Source: Anaeromyxobacteraceae bacterium (GTDB taxonomy: Bacteria > Myxococcota > Myxococcia > Myxococcales > Anaeromyxobacteraceae). Taken from it: a stretch of 64,000 bases of DNA. The position numbers and the translations under genes were made by a program. The notes beneath the pieces were generated by a model. It did no database searches and was not told the DNA's origin. It saw only the letters and a list, made by a program, of their open reading frames with translations. How positions within the stretch are numbered: position 1 is the stretch's first letter; every line of letters begins with the position of its first letter. The stretch spans positions 2,304,001-2,368,000 of the forward strand of contig JASGHJ010000002.1 in assembly GCA_047602405.1 (NCBI GenBank), written 5' to 3'. This document shows, piece after piece, positions 1 through 15,938 of the stretch.

Positions 1-298
1 CCAGACGAACCGGATGGAGTGCAAGGTGTGCGGCTCCGTCCACTACCCGATGATCCGCCCGCGCTCGGGCGGCCGGTTCGTCCGGGGTGCCTGGCAGTGC
101 GTGAACGGCTGCAACCTCCCGGAGGCCGGCGCCGAGCGCAAGGCGGCCTGACGAACCGGACGACGGCGCCGGCCGGCATGCCGGGCGCCCTGCGGGAAAG
201 GGACCACCGAAAGCGTCGCCCTCAGACCCCACGGATCGCGGGGTTGGCCCCATGCCCATGGGCTATCGAAAACTGACCCCTTCCCGTACACCATCGGG

Positions 299-758
299 AT
301 GAACCAGCCCGCCCGGATCGCGACCTACCACCGCTGCTCGACCGTCGATCAGGACCCCGCCCTCGCCCGCCAGGAGCTTCGCGCAGCCGCTGCCCGCCTC
401 GGGGGCGAGGTCGTGCTCGACGTGGAGGAGACCGGTTCGGGCCATCCGCGACCTCGAAGCCGCAGGCGTCCGGTTCGTCGCGATCACCCAGGGCCTCGAC
501 ATCCGGCCCGGGGGCGACGCGATGTCGCGGCTCATCCTGGGCGTGCTCGCCTCGGTGGCCGAGTTCGAACGCGACCTGATCCGTGAGCGCACCCGGCTCG
601 GCATGCAGAAGGCCCGGGCGGCCGGGAAGCACATCGGTCGTCCGAAGGTAGTCGGCCCCGCCGTGGCTGAAGTGCAGCGTCTCCGGGCCGCCGGCCAGTC
701 CTGGCGCCAGGTCTCGAAAACCCTGAAGTGCTCGGTCTGGGCGGCGCGCCAGGCGTAG
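299..758 (+). pseudogene. Serine recombinase (resolvase/invertase) with internal deletion and frameshift
   Basis: N-terminal YHRCSTVDQ motif runs to ETGSG. At ~440 another frame continues AIRDLEAAGVRFVAITQGLD...AEFERDLIRERTRLG...GRPK plus HTH. The segment normally carrying the D-R-x-x-R motif is absent. Confidence 0.85.
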
Positions 759-760
759 CG

Positions 761-1783
761 CTACAACCGTTCGAAACTGGGCCTGGGCGCCACGACCTTC
801 GTGCGCTGCTCGTTCATGTGCAACCACTCGGGGGCCGCGACCGACACGAGGCGGTGCTCGACATCAACCAGGTTGACCTGCGCCGCCTGGTTTAGTCCGG
901 CCTCGATCTCGATGACCTTGACGCTCTCGTAACGCTCTAGCTGGTCCTGGATCCGCTGAGCCGTCGCGCTGGGGACGGCCCAGTACGGCTTGTCATGCCG
1001 ACCCAGCTTGCAGATCGCTGCGGCGACCGCCATGTAGGCGTCGTTGAAGAGGCCCATGAAGCCGTCTGGGTCGGGGAGAACGGCAACCCACAGTCCACAC
1101 TTCTCGTCCCAGGTGATCCCCTTCTGAAGGTCCCGCGCCTCGGGGACGATCCCGATCCGGAGTCCGCGACCGCCCTCCAGTTGGTGCCAGTTGCTCTTGA
1201 TCGTCGCGGCGACGTACTTGCGGGACTCCTGGTTCGAGAGGAAGAGGTCGGTCTTCCATATCTGCTTGATTCGGTCCCCAAGGCGGTCCTCGGCCGCCTT
1301 CCCCTGGGCCGCCACCGCAACCCACGGACCGAAGTCAAAGGGATGCCCTCGCCCGTCCGGAAGGAGGACGGCGTGCTCGCCGGCGTTCTGGATGACCGCA
1401 TCGGTGAAGCCCAGGTACTTGGCGCGCTCATGACCGAACAGTAGCGAGGTCGGCTGCTCGACCGCCTCCAGGTGACGAGACGCGCGCGACAGCACGTCCG
1501 CGACGATGCCGCACACTCGCGGCTCTCCCCCGACCACCGCCTCGTGAACGGCCCACTCGAAGCCGTCGCCTCTCATCCCCTTGTCGCGGTCGAGACGGGC
1601 CACCTTCGCAAGCTGGCGCATCGTCACGTCACCACGGTCGCAGTTCAGATTGACCAGGTCTTCCTGGCCCAGTTGGTCGAGCAACGCCCGGATGATCGAT
1701 CGGGTGACCGCGTACAAGGCCCGGCCGTGCTCGTCTACGGGTTCGTGCTGCCGCAGGAAGGTGACCTCGGCCATGGTGTCCAT
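761..1783 (-). CDS. Hypothetical cargo protein, possible PD-(D/E)xK-like nuclease
   Basis: 340-aa ORF with less GC-skewed codon usage than flanking core genes; GDGFEWAVHE...WKTDLFL...ATIK arrangement. Confidence 0.6.
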   Translation of the reverse strand: MDTMAEVTFLRQHEPVDEHGRALYAVTRSIIRALLDQLGQEDLVNLNCDRGDVTMRQLAKVARLDRDKGMRGDGFEWAVHEAVVGGEPRVCGIVADVLSRASRHLEAVEQPTSLLFGHERAKYLGFTDAVIQNAGEHAVLLPDGRGHPFDFGPWVAVAAQGKAAEDRLGDRIKQIWKTDLFLSNQESRKYVAATIKSNWHQLEGGRGLRIGIVPEARDLQKGITWDEKCGLWVAVLPDPDGFMGLFNDAYMAVAAAICKLGRHDKPYWAVPSATAQRIQDQLERYESVKVIEIEAGLNQAAQVNLVDVEHRLVSVAAPEWLHMNEQRTKVVAPRPSFERL

Positions 1784-1917
1784 CTACTACCACGTTCCAC
1801 GTTGGGTGCGGGTCCCCGCCCAGGCGGCATACCTTGTGGAACGTTCGGAGCCATCGTTCGGCACCAGGAACTCGCATAGATTGGCCCTTCCCCCGCCGCC
1901 GGCCGATAAAGTAGGTC

Positions 1918-2274
1918 GTGACCGCCGCGCTCCCGCTCGACCCGTTCCGCGAGATCCTCGACCGCCTCGCGGTCATCGAGGAGCGGATCCGCCGGATCGA
2001 GTCGCACACGGCCGCCAACGAGCCGATGGTCCAGCACCGTCTGCTCTCGTTGCGCGCGGCTGCTGAACGGTTGGGGGTCAGCAGGACCCGGACCTTGCCG
2101 CTCCTGATCCAGGATGGGCGCCTGCGCGTGGTCCACGTCGCCGGTCGGCCGAAGGTGCCCCTGGCCGAGGTCGAGCGGGTCGAGCGCGAGGGGACGGTCG
2201 CCTTCCGGAAGACGGCGCGCAGTTCCCGGACCCCGACCCGGAGCGGCGCGCCCCTGGCCCGCGATCTCGTCTGA
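1918..2274 (+). CDS. Excisionase-like helix-turn-helix protein
   Basis: LLSLRAAAERLGVSRTRTL...IQDGRLRVVHVAGRPKVP, typical of Xis/HTH_17; convergent with the integrase. Confidence 0.75.
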   Translation: MTAALPLDPFREILDRLAVIEERIRRIESHTAANEPMVQHRLLSLRAAAERLGVSRTRTLPLLIQDGRLRVVHVAGRPKVPLAEVERVEREGTVAFRKTARSSRTPTRSGAPLARDLV

Positions 2275-2275
2275 G

Positions 2276-3598
2276 CTACCCCTTCCGCTTCGGCTTCGAC
2301 TTCCGGAGTTCGGCCTCCAGCGCCTCGACCTTCGCCCGGAGCAGCGCGACCTGGTCCTTGCCCACCCCGGGGTCGGTCTCGTCCATGATCGTCGGCGCCT
2401 TCGGCGGGATGGCCTTCGTCGCGTAGTGGATGTCCACCATCCGGCTGCCCTCGGCGTGCCCGAGGAACCCGGGGACCTTGTCGCGCGCGCCGGCCTGGAC
2501 GGCGTGCGTCGCATTCGTGTGGCGCATCCAGGCCGGGTTGAACACGGGCAGCTTCAGGTCCTTGCAGGTCTGCCGGACGGCCTTCACGTAGTGTGACTCG
2601 CTGATGGAGCCCCTCACCGCCCCGGTGCCCCTGTGGGATCGGGCGCGGCCGTCGATCTCCGGCACACCGCCCTCGGCCTCGCCGCCGAGCAGGATGCGCG
2701 CCGACTGCTCGACGGTCCTGCCGACCTTCGTGATGTGCTCCTTGCCCGACTTGTGCTTGGGGCCGACCAGGACGGCCGTGACGCCGGGCTCGCGGACGTA
2801 GCTGGGCACGGGATCCACCCGGCCGCCCGCCACGAACCGGAGCAGTTCCCGGACGTGCCAGCCGGTCCCGGCCTGGACGCAGAGGGCGTGGCCGTACAGC
2901 GACCCCTTGGTCACGAGCGCGTCGATCACCTGGTGGACGTTCTCGGGCGGCACGTACTTGTTGACCCCGTTCGCCTGGGCGACGCCGCCGGGCAGGTTCG
3001 GCACGTCGGCCAGCGGGTCCTCGGTCGGCCCGATGCGCTCGCCGCGCCGGTGCCGGCGCAGCCAGCCGTAGAGGGACTTCAGGACGGCCTGCTTCTTCCG
3101 CATGCCGCCGGCCTTCGGGATGCCGGCGCGCGGGTCGCCGTCGAGGACGCGGAACACGTCCTCCCGCTTCACCTCGCGCAGGTCGAGCGCCTGGCCGGCC
3201 TTGTCGGCCAGCCGGACGGCCCACCACTCCAGTTCCCGGCGCTGGTAGCGGATCCACTCGGGCGTGTTCTGCTTCCCGCCCTCCGACTTCGGCTTGGCGC
3301 TCCACTCCAGGAACTCGTCGCGCAGCGGCTTGTCCAGGTAGATGGGCGTGGTGTCGCCCTCGGTCGTGGCGCCGCGCAGCCACCGGGCGTACTCCTCCGG
3401 GTTCGTGTCGAAGCGCCGAAGGTGGTCGTGCGCCGACCGCTCGTCGTGCGCGCGCGTCGAGAGGTCGTACCGGACGCCTCCCCGCATGGCGCGGATGTAG
3501 TAGGTCGCGCGGCCCTTCGAGTCGCGCCGGATGTAGCCGCCCACCCAGGCCGAGCGATCGGCGGGCGTGGCCTCGGGTAGCCTGCTGGGCTTCACCAT
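2276..3598 (-). CDS. Tyrosine recombinase / integrase
   Basis: TGWHVRELL (box I-like), WMRHTNAT, FLGH, IHYA motifs; starts just downstream of the tRNA; ATG 3598 preceded by GAGAAGGA. Confidence 0.85.
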   Translation of the reverse strand: MVKPSRLPEATPADRSAWVGGYIRRDSKGRATYYIRAMRGGVRYDLSTRAHDERSAHDHLRRFDTNPEEYARWLRGATTEGDTTPIYLDKPLRDEFLEWSAKPKSEGGKQNTPEWIRYQRRELEWWAVRLADKAGQALDLREVKREDVFRVLDGDPRAGIPKAGGMRKKQAVLKSLYGWLRRHRRGERIGPTEDPLADVPNLPGGVAQANGVNKYVPPENVHQVIDALVTKGSLYGHALCVQAGTGWHVRELLRFVAGGRVDPVPSYVREPGVTAVLVGPKHKSGKEHITKVGRTVEQSARILLGGEAEGGVPEIDGRARSHRGTGAVRGSISESHYVKAVRQTCKDLKLPVFNPAWMRHTNATHAVQAGARDKVPGFLGHAEGSRMVDIHYATKAIPPKAPTIMDETDPGVGKDQVALLRAKVEALEAELRKSKPKRKG

Positions 3599-3722
3599 GG
3601 CGTCCTTCTCCACCTCCCGCACCCCGCCACGGGGTGGCGGAGGACTGGTGGACGAAGGTACCCCAGGTGGTGGACGACTGCCAGCCCCGCCCGCCTAGTC
3701 GCGGATTTGCAGGGCTTTTAAG

Positions 3723-3796
3723 TGACCCCGGCGTGACTCGAACACGCGACCTGCGGTTTAGGAAACCGCCGCTCTATCCGGCTGAGCTACGGGGCC
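3723..3796 (-). tRNA. tRNA-Arg (anticodon CCT)
   Basis: Reverse complement GGCCCCGTAGCTCAGCCGGATAGAGCGGCGGTTTCCTAAACCGCAGGTCGCGTGTTCGAGTCACGCCGGGGTCA folds as a cloverleaf; CCA not encoded. Confidence 0.96.
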
Positions 3797-3863
3797 GTTC
3801 CATCCCTGCCGGCGTGTCCGCCGGCGCGGGCGATATACCACGGCCGCCGCGGGGCGCGAACGG

Positions 3864-4775
3864 TCATGGCGCCTCCTGCCCGCCCTCCCCGTAGGGGAAC
3901 CCCTCGGTCGCCCGGGTGGGCACGAGCGCGTCGAACTTCCTCAGGTCGAGCACGAGATCGCCGCCGGGCGTCTCGGAGATGGCGTCGTCGAGGCGCGCGC
4001 CCCAGGCCAGGGCCGCGTGCGACCAGGTCCGCTGCGCGTGCACGGTCTGGCGGGTGGTCTCGTCCATCCCCGAGACCGAGAGGGTGAGCTCCGCGTCCCG
4101 GGCCGCGAGCGAGGCCGGGGTCTCGCCGTACAGCGGGCTGCCCGGCTCGATGCGGTGGAGCACGGTCCAGGACCGGGCGAGCGCGTCGGCCCGTGACCGC
4201 ACGAGCGCGAGGTCCACGGTGCGGTAGATCGGCATGCCCTCGGTGGTGCGCTCCGAGCGCAGGAACGTCAGCCCGAAGGTGGCGCCGACGATGCGCCCCC
4301 GCCGCTCGTTGCCGACCCGGAACATGAGCGTGGGGACCCCGTCCATCGGGGCGACCGCGACGCGCGTCGAGAACACGACGTAGGAGCGGGTGAGCGAGAA
4401 CCGGACGAACATGAGCCCGGTCGCGACCGCCGTGAACACGAGGCCGGTCACCGACTCGGCCGCGACGACGGCCTCGCAGGCGGGGCTCGCCGGGTACATC
4501 GCACCGTAGCCGATGGTGCCCATGGTCTGGATGCTGAAGAAGAACGCGTCGAGGAAGGAGCCCGGCCGCGCGTTCGCGACGCCCCCCGACACGAGGAACA
4601 GGAGCGCGAACGCCACGTTCAGCGCGAGGTAGGCCGAGGTCAGCGCCGCGAAGGCCGTGCCCCAGCCCGCCCGCAGCAGCCAGTGGTAGAGATTGCCGAA
4701 GCGGGGCCGTGGCACCCCCACGATTCGGATCTGGTAGCCGTCGGCCTGGAGCACCTCGACGCGGGGGCTGGGCAT
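3864..4775 (-). CDS. Inward-rectifier potassium channel (KirBac family)
   Basis: [15 protein letters not shown] selectivity filter, two TM helices, cytoplasmic [11 protein letters not shown] and SWTVLHRI motifs. Confidence 0.93.
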   Translation of the reverse strand: MPSPRVEVLQADGYQIRIVGVPRPRFGNLYHWLLRAGWGTAFAALTSAYLALNVAFALLFLVSGGVANARPGSFLDAFFFSIQTMGTIGYGAMYPASPACEAVVAAESVTGLVFTAVATGLMFVRFSLTRSYVVFSTRVAVAPMDGVPTLMFRVGNERRGRIVGATFGLTFLRSERTTEGMPIYRTVDLALVRSRADALARSWTVLHRIEPGSPLYGETPASLAARDAELTLSVSGMDETTRQTVHAQRTWSHAALAWGARLDDAISETPGGDLVLDLRKFDALVPTRATEGFPYGEGGQEAP

Positions 4776-4830
4776 TGCGCCAGCCTACCGCCTCGCGGCG
4801 CGCGGCGCTCCCGTCGTATACAGGACCCCC

Positions 4831-5220
4831 ATGCGCATCCTCCACACGATGATCCGGGTCGGCGACCTCGACCGGTCGCTCGCGTTCTACACGCAGGTCC
4901 TCGGCATGAAGCTCCTGCGCCGGAGCGACTACCCGGAGGGCAAGTTCACGAACGCGTTCGTGGGCTACGGCCCCGAGAGCGAGGGCGCCGTCCTCGAGCT
5001 CACCTGGAACTGGGACACGAAGCACTACGAGCTCGGCGGCGGCTTCGGGCACGTCGCGCTCGAGGTGCCCGACGCGGCGGCCGCCTGCGCCGAGATCCGC
5101 GGGCGCGGCGGCAAGGTGGTCCGCGAGGCCGGCCCGATGAAGCACGGCACGACCGTCATCGCGTTCGTCGAGGACCCGGACGGCTACCGGATCGAGCTCA
5201 TCGAGCGCCGCCCGTCCTGA
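4831..5220 (+). CDS. gloA: Lactoylglutathione lyase (glyoxalase I)
   Basis: [16 protein letters not shown]...LELTWNW...[14 protein letters not shown]. Confidence 0.96.
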   Translation: MRILHTMIRVGDLDRSLAFYTQVLGMKLLRRSDYPEGKFTNAFVGYGPESEGAVLELTWNWDTKHYELGGGFGHVALEVPDAAAACAEIRGRGGKVVREAGPMKHGTTVIAFVEDPDGYRIELIERRPS

Positions 5221-5259
5221 CCTGCGCCGCGGCCCGGAACCGGTTAGGATCGTCCCGAC

Positions 5260-5421
5260 ATGGAGATTGACTGGCGCCTCATCTGGCCGCTCATCGGGGC
5301 CTTCGTCCTCGGGATGCTCGTCACCGGCCCCGGCATGTGGTCCGAGAAGTGGGGCTTCCGGTTCATGGAGCGCTTCCTCGGCCGCAGGCGCGGAGGCGGG
5401 GACCCGAAGCCGCCTCCGTAG
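5260..5421 (+). CDS. Small single-TM protein (53 aa), not in the ORF track
   Basis: MEIDWRLIWPLIGAFVLGMLVTGPGMWSEKWGFRFMERFLGRRR; host-like codon usage. Confidence 0.55.
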   Translation: MEIDWRLIWPLIGAFVLGMLVTGPGMWSEKWGFRFMERFLGRRRGGGDPKPPP

Positions 5422-5436
5422 CACCTGCGAAGCGCA

Positions 5437-5512
5437 GCGGAGCAGATCCGGGGAGGGGCCCCGTGGAGCCTCGCTCCACGGGGAGGGGGCCAGGGCCCCT
5501 CGGAACTCAGAA
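5437..5512 (-). repeat. Dispersed palindromic repeat, copy 1
   Basis: Aligns with 21231-21308; hairpin CCCCGTGGAGC-GAG-GCTCCACGGGG. Confidence 0.7.
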
Positions 5513-6579
5513 CTGGATGTTCGGGCGCACGAGCAGCCGCACCCGCTCGGTCGACGCCTCGAGGGCCCCCGAGTACGCGCCGCGGGCCTCCCACAGCATC
5601 CCCACCCCGAGGACGAGCGCCACCCGCCGGCGCCCGAGCGGGATTTCTTGTCGACGACGAGGTAGTGCCGCAGCGGCTTCCCGTGGCGGGACATGTCGAA
5701 GCGGTACTCGATACCCGAGTTCGCGAGCAGGAAGTTGTCGTGGTCGTCGGGGTCGAGGCGGCTGCGCCTGAGCCCCACGAACAGCACGTCGGTGACCTCG
5801 CTGTTCGAGTGGATCTTCGTGCCCACCCGGAAGCTCCAGGAGAGCTGCGAGAGCGTGGTCTTGCGGTCGCCCTTCAGCTTCAGCTCGAGCTCGGCCCAGG
5901 GGTCCTTCACCGCGACGTTGTCGACGATGTGCCAGAACCCCGACGAGGCGACGAGGCCCACGTACGCCCGGCCGTGCACGTCGTCGCGCCCGGGCACGTC
6001 GAAGCGGGCCACGTTGCCGAGGAAGATTGACCCCGCGCCCGGCTCCTCGAACCCCGCCGTGAGCGTCTGCACGACGTTGACGTTCGGGTTGAGCTGCGCG
6101 CCCTCGTAGAGCCCGTCCCAGCGCCGGAGCAGGAGCCCCGCGGAAGGCAGCGGGTTCACGCTCGCCTCGAGGATCATGAAGCGCGGTACGATCGCGCGGG
6201 AGAGCATCGTCGCGTACACCGCGAACTCGCCCATCTCGCCGAGCGAGGGGGTCGCGCTCTCGGTGAGCGGCAGGTAGAGGCCCAGGGAGGAGTAGTAGGC
6301 GCCCTTGTTGATGACGAGGGCCACCGGATCGGCCTGCTCGGCCGGCGGCGCCAGCGGCGGGTCCCCCTCGATCTCGCCCTCGACGCCGGCGGCCGGCGCC
6401 TCGTCGGGCCAGGGCGGCAGGTCGCTCTCGTCGTCGGGCTCCGCGCCCTCGACCGGCACCGGCACCACCTCGACCTGCGCCGGCGGCGCGCCCTGCGGCG
6501 TCGCGGCGGGGGCCGGAGCGGCGGGCGGATCGTCGGCGCGGGAGAGCGCGAGGAGGAGCGCGAGCAGCGGGGCCGTCAC
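5507..6579 (-). CDS. Putative outer-membrane protein (frameshift ~5644)
   Basis: Signal peptide and Pro/acidic linker; corrected frame ends ...VRLLVRPNIQF (terminal Phe). Confidence 0.65.
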
Positions 6580-6613
6580 CAGGGAAGGGCGTACCCGGCG
6601 GCCGCCCTCACCG

Positions 6614-8621
6614 TCAAGCGGTGGCGCGTCCCTCGGTCGTGGCGGGCAGCCCCGTGGGCAGCCTCACGGTGAAGGTGGTCCCCTGCCCCACCTCGCTCCG
6701 GACCGAGATCTCGCCGCCGTGCGCCTCCACCACCTTGCGGCAGATGTAGAGCCCGAGCCCCAGGCCCTCGCCGTCCTTGCGCCCGCCGCGCTCGAAGCGG
6801 TCGAAGATCCGCGCCTGGTCCTCGGGCGGGATGCCCGGCCCGTGGTCGGCCACCGTCACCTCGGCGGCGTCGCCCCCGTCGGCCACCTCCACCACGACGT
6901 CGCCCCGGCCGTACTTGAGCGCGTTCCCGACGAGGTTCGTGAGCACCTGCTCGAGCCGGCCGCGGTCCCAGACGCCATGCACCGGCCCGCGGGCGCGGAC
7001 CTCCAGGGCGCGGTCGGCGCGGGCGAGCACCTCCTCGAACCGGCCGCGCACCTCCCCGGCGATCGCCGCGAGATCGCACGGCTCGGGCGCGAGGCGCACG
7101 AGGCCGCTGCGGATGCGGACGAGGTCGAACAGGCTGTTCACGAGCGCGGTGATCCGGTTGACCTGATCGAGCTCCTTGTCGAGGCGCCGGAGGAGCTCGC
7201 CCTCGGCCCCGACGTGCCGCCCGCTCGCCACGAGCCGCCGGACGAGGTGCGCCTGCATGAGCAGCGCGGAGAGCGGCGTGCGCAGCTCGTGCGAGGCGAT
7301 GGACAGGAACTCCTCCCGGAGCGCCACCGCGGCCCGGGCGTCGTCGTAGAGCAGCGCGTGATCGAGCGCCTGCGCGGCGCGCCGCCCCAGCTCCTCCGCG
7401 AGCGCCGCGGCGGGGCCGTCGAGCCGCGCCGGGTTCTCGGCGAAGAGCGAGAGCCGCCCGAGCGTCCTCCCGCGCGCCACGAGCGGCACGACCAGCGCCG
7501 CCTTCGTCCCGAGCGCCTCGAGGAGCGCGCCGGCGCCGGCGCCGGCGCCGGCCCCGGCCTCGGCCTCTCGCGAGGCGTCGGCGTGCGCGACGAACGTCTC
7601 CGCCGGGGACGCGTCGGAGGCGGCGACGTCCACCACGCAGACGTCGCCCAGGAACGGCACCGCCACCCGCGCGGCCGCGCGGGCCGTCTCGCGCCGGTCG
7701 AGCGCCTCGGCGAGCACCGCGGAGGCCCGGGCGAGGAACGCGAGGCCCTCCCGCCCCTGCACGGCCCGGGTCACGTCCACCGAGAACCCGTGCAGCTCGG
7801 GGGGCCCGCCCCGATCCCCCGGCGCCAGCCCGAGCGCGGTCTCGAACCAGGCCTCGCGCCCGTCGGCGCGGACGAGCCGGTGCTCGAGCGCGACGCCGGG
7901 ACCGCTCGGGGTGAGGCCCGCGGCCGCCGCGCGGAAGGCCTCCCGGTCGGCGGGGGGCAGCCGCGCCTCCCAGAAGGTCGGCTCCGAGCGCCACCGCTCG
8001 AGCGGGAAGCCGAGCAGGGCCTCCGCGCTCGGCGACACGAACCGGCAGGCGAGCGACACCGGGTCGAGCACCCAGACGATCGCGTGCGAGATGCCCTCGA
8101 CGAGCGCGCGGTAGCGCTGCTGGGCCGCCTGCTCCTTGCGGAGGCTCGTGAGCTCGAGCTCCGCGAGCGCGAGCGCGTGCCGGCGGCGGTCGGCGAGCCG
8201 GAGCGCCTCCGCCTGCTCGAGGAGCTTCTGCCGCGTGCGGTGCATCGCCGCGAACGCGGCCACCTTGCTGCGGAGCACCGTGGGATTCGAGCGGCTTGAA
8301 GAGGTAGTCGACCCCGCCGCTCTCGTACCCCGCGCGCACGCGCCGGTCGTCCTGGTCGAGCCCGGTGATGAAGACGATGGGGATGTCTCGGGTTCGTTCG
8401 TTCGACCGGATGAGCCGCGCGGTCTCGTACCCGTCGAGCCCGGGCATCTCGACGTCCATGAGGATGAGCGCGCAGACGTCGGAGAGCAGGAACCCCAGCG
8501 CCTCGGCGCCGGAGCCCGCCCGCACGAGCTCGTAGTCCGGACCCTCGAGCGCGGCCGCGAGCGCGACCAGGTTCGAGGGCCGGTCGTCGACCATCAGGAT
8601 CTTCACGCGATCGGCGGACAT
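6614..8621 (-). CDS. Hybrid histidine kinase REC-PAS-GAF-HisKA-HATPase (frameshift ~8286)
   Basis: KILMVDDRPSNL...LILMDVEMPGLDG receiver; [19 protein letters not shown]. Confidence 0.88.
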
Positions 8622-8769
8622 GTCCGGGCGGAGCCCGGCCACGGTGCGCAGCCCGCCCCCGGGGGGCAACGCCCTCTGAGAGGGGTGCAGGCGAGCGGCC
8701 CTCCGGGGGGCTGGTGTCCCGGGCGTGAAGTGCAGAGCGTCCCTGTCCCATCCCAGCCCAGAGCGAGCC

Positions 8770-14234
<5,465 letters not shown>

Positions 14235-14318
14235 TCGAGGGACGGGTGCGTGCCATCCGGGGCGTTCACGCTCCGACCGGGGACTCCGCGCCCGGCCGGC
14301 GCTAGCTTCGTGCCCCGG

Positions 14319-15431
14319 ATGACGGGACCACGTACGGCGAGGCTCCGGTCGATCGACGCCCTGCGGGGCGCCTCGGTCGCAGGGATGATCCTCGTGAACA
14401 GCCAGTTCGCGCGCGAGGACGCCTACCGGCCCTTCGAGCACGCCGAGTGGAACGGCTGGACCCTCGCCGACACGATCTTCCCCACCTTCATGTTCCTCGT
14501 GGGCGTGTCGCTCGCGCTCTCGACCTCGAGCCGGCTCGCGCGCGGCGCCCGGCCCCCCGACCTCCTCCGCCACGCGTTCCGCCGGGCCGCGCTGCTCTAC
14601 GCGCTCGGCGTGCTCGCGGACCTCCTCATCATCCCGCACCACGGCTTCCCGTGGGTGCTGGTGCGGGACCACCTGCAGCTCACCGGGGTGCTCCAGAAGA
14701 TCGCCGTCGCGTACCTCGCGGCCTTCCTCGTGCTCGTGTACTCCGGGACCCGGCGCCTCGTCGGTGCGATCCTGGCGCTGAACGCCGTGTACCTCGTGCT
14801 CCTCTTCGCGTACCCCGTGCCCGGCTGCGGGCCGGGCGTCCTCACGCCGGACTGCAACTTCCCCGGCTGGCTCGACCGCCGGCTCATCGGCGGGTTCCTC
14901 TGGGACGACCCGCGCCAGGACCGGGACGGCCTCGGCGCCCTCCTCCCCGCGATCTCGACCGTGCTCATGGGCGCGCTCGCCGGCCGCTGGCTCGAGCGCG
15001 CGCGCGAGCCCGGGCGGCGCATCCGGGGGCTCCTCGCCGGCGGCGCGCTGCTCGTCGTGGCCGCCGGGCTCCTCGACCGGTGGGTGCCGGTCAACAAGCC
15101 GCTGTGGACGACGACCTACGCGCTCCTCATGGCGGGCTTCTCCAGCCTCGCGCTCGCCGCCGCGATCGCGCTCGTCGACCTGCGCCCCCCCGGCCCCTGG
15201 GTGCGGCCCCTCGAGACGCTCGGCACGAACGCGCTCGCGTCCTACCTCCTCTCCCGGCCCCTCACGAACCTGCTCCGGGTCCACCTCGGCTGGGCGTCGT
15301 TCCACGACACCGTGCTGCGCCGGGTCGCGGGCCCCCACGGCGCGTCGATGCTCTTCGCGATCGCGGCGCTCGGGCTGGTCTGGGTCGCCACCGCGCTCCT
15401 CAACCGGCGGGGGCTCTACCTGAAGCTCTGA
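14319..15431 (+). CDS. Heparan-alpha-glucosaminide N-acetyltransferase-like membrane acyltransferase
   Basis: RLRSIDALRG...MILVN...HAEWNGWTLADTIFPTFMFLVG...GVLQKIA...PVNKPLWT. Confidence 0.88.
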   Translation: MTGPRTARLRSIDALRGASVAGMILVNSQFAREDAYRPFEHAEWNGWTLADTIFPTFMFLVGVSLALSTSSRLARGARPPDLLRHAFRRAALLYALGVLADLLIIPHHGFPWVLVRDHLQLTGVLQKIAVAYLAAFLVLVYSGTRRLVGAILALNAVYLVLLFAYPVPGCGPGVLTPDCNFPGWLDRRLIGGFLWDDPRQDRDGLGALLPAISTVLMGALAGRWLERAREPGRRIRGLLAGGALLVVAAGLLDRWVPVNKPLWTTTYALLMAGFSSLALAAAIALVDLRPPGPWVRPLETLGTNALASYLLSRPLTNLLRVHLGWASFHDTVLRRVAGPHGASMLFAIAALGLVWVATALLNRRGLYLKL

Positions 15432-15880
15432 GCGTCGTCGGGCGCAGGCACGAACGCGACCGGATCTCCGACCGCGATCTCGGCGCCCTCCACGACCTCG
15501 CAGTGCACGCCGCCGCGCCAGTCGCGGCGGAGCGCGTCCTCGAGGCCGGGCAGCGCCTCCTCCATGCGCTCGCAGGGCGTGAGCTCGCCGCCGATCTTCA
15601 GGAGCGCCCTCCCGACGCGCAGGTGGGCGCCGCGGGTGCGCTCGAGGTCGACGCCGGAGACGACGAGGTTCGCGCGGCGGCGCCCCGGGTCGAGCGCCGC
15701 GCCGAGGGACTCGAGCGCGTCCTCCCAGCCCTCGCGGCCCAGCACCGACACCTGCCGGCGGCCGCCCTGGTCGGCGCTGCCCTCGAGGCCGCGCGCGGCG
15801 ACGAGCACGCCGCGCTCGACGCGGTCCATCGGGCCGCGCCGCACGCGCTTCACGAAGATGGCCTCCACGCGGCCGGGCAC
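15416..15880 (-). CDS. MOSC domain protein
   Basis: RQVSVL...RRANLVVSG...TPCERMEE...RGGVHCEVVEGAEIAVGD. Confidence 0.85.
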   Translation of the reverse strand: MPGRVEAIFVKRVRRGPMDRVERGVLVAARGLEGSADQGGRRQVSVLGREGWEDALESLGAALDPGRRRANLVVSGVDLERTRGAHLRVGRALLKIGGELTPCERMEEALPGLEDALRRDWRGGVHCEVVEGAEIAVGDPVAFVPAPDDAQSFR

Positions 15881-15938
15881 CCGCGTCTTGTAGCGGGGTC
15901 CCCGCCCGGCTGCTACCGGGGCGCGCCGTCCCGGGTGG

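Larger units (their letters stand above)
1..3722. mobile_element. End of a tRNA-Arg-integrated element (other end outside the window)
   Basis: tRNA 3' end followed by int, xis, cargo and resolvase. Confidence 0.75.
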
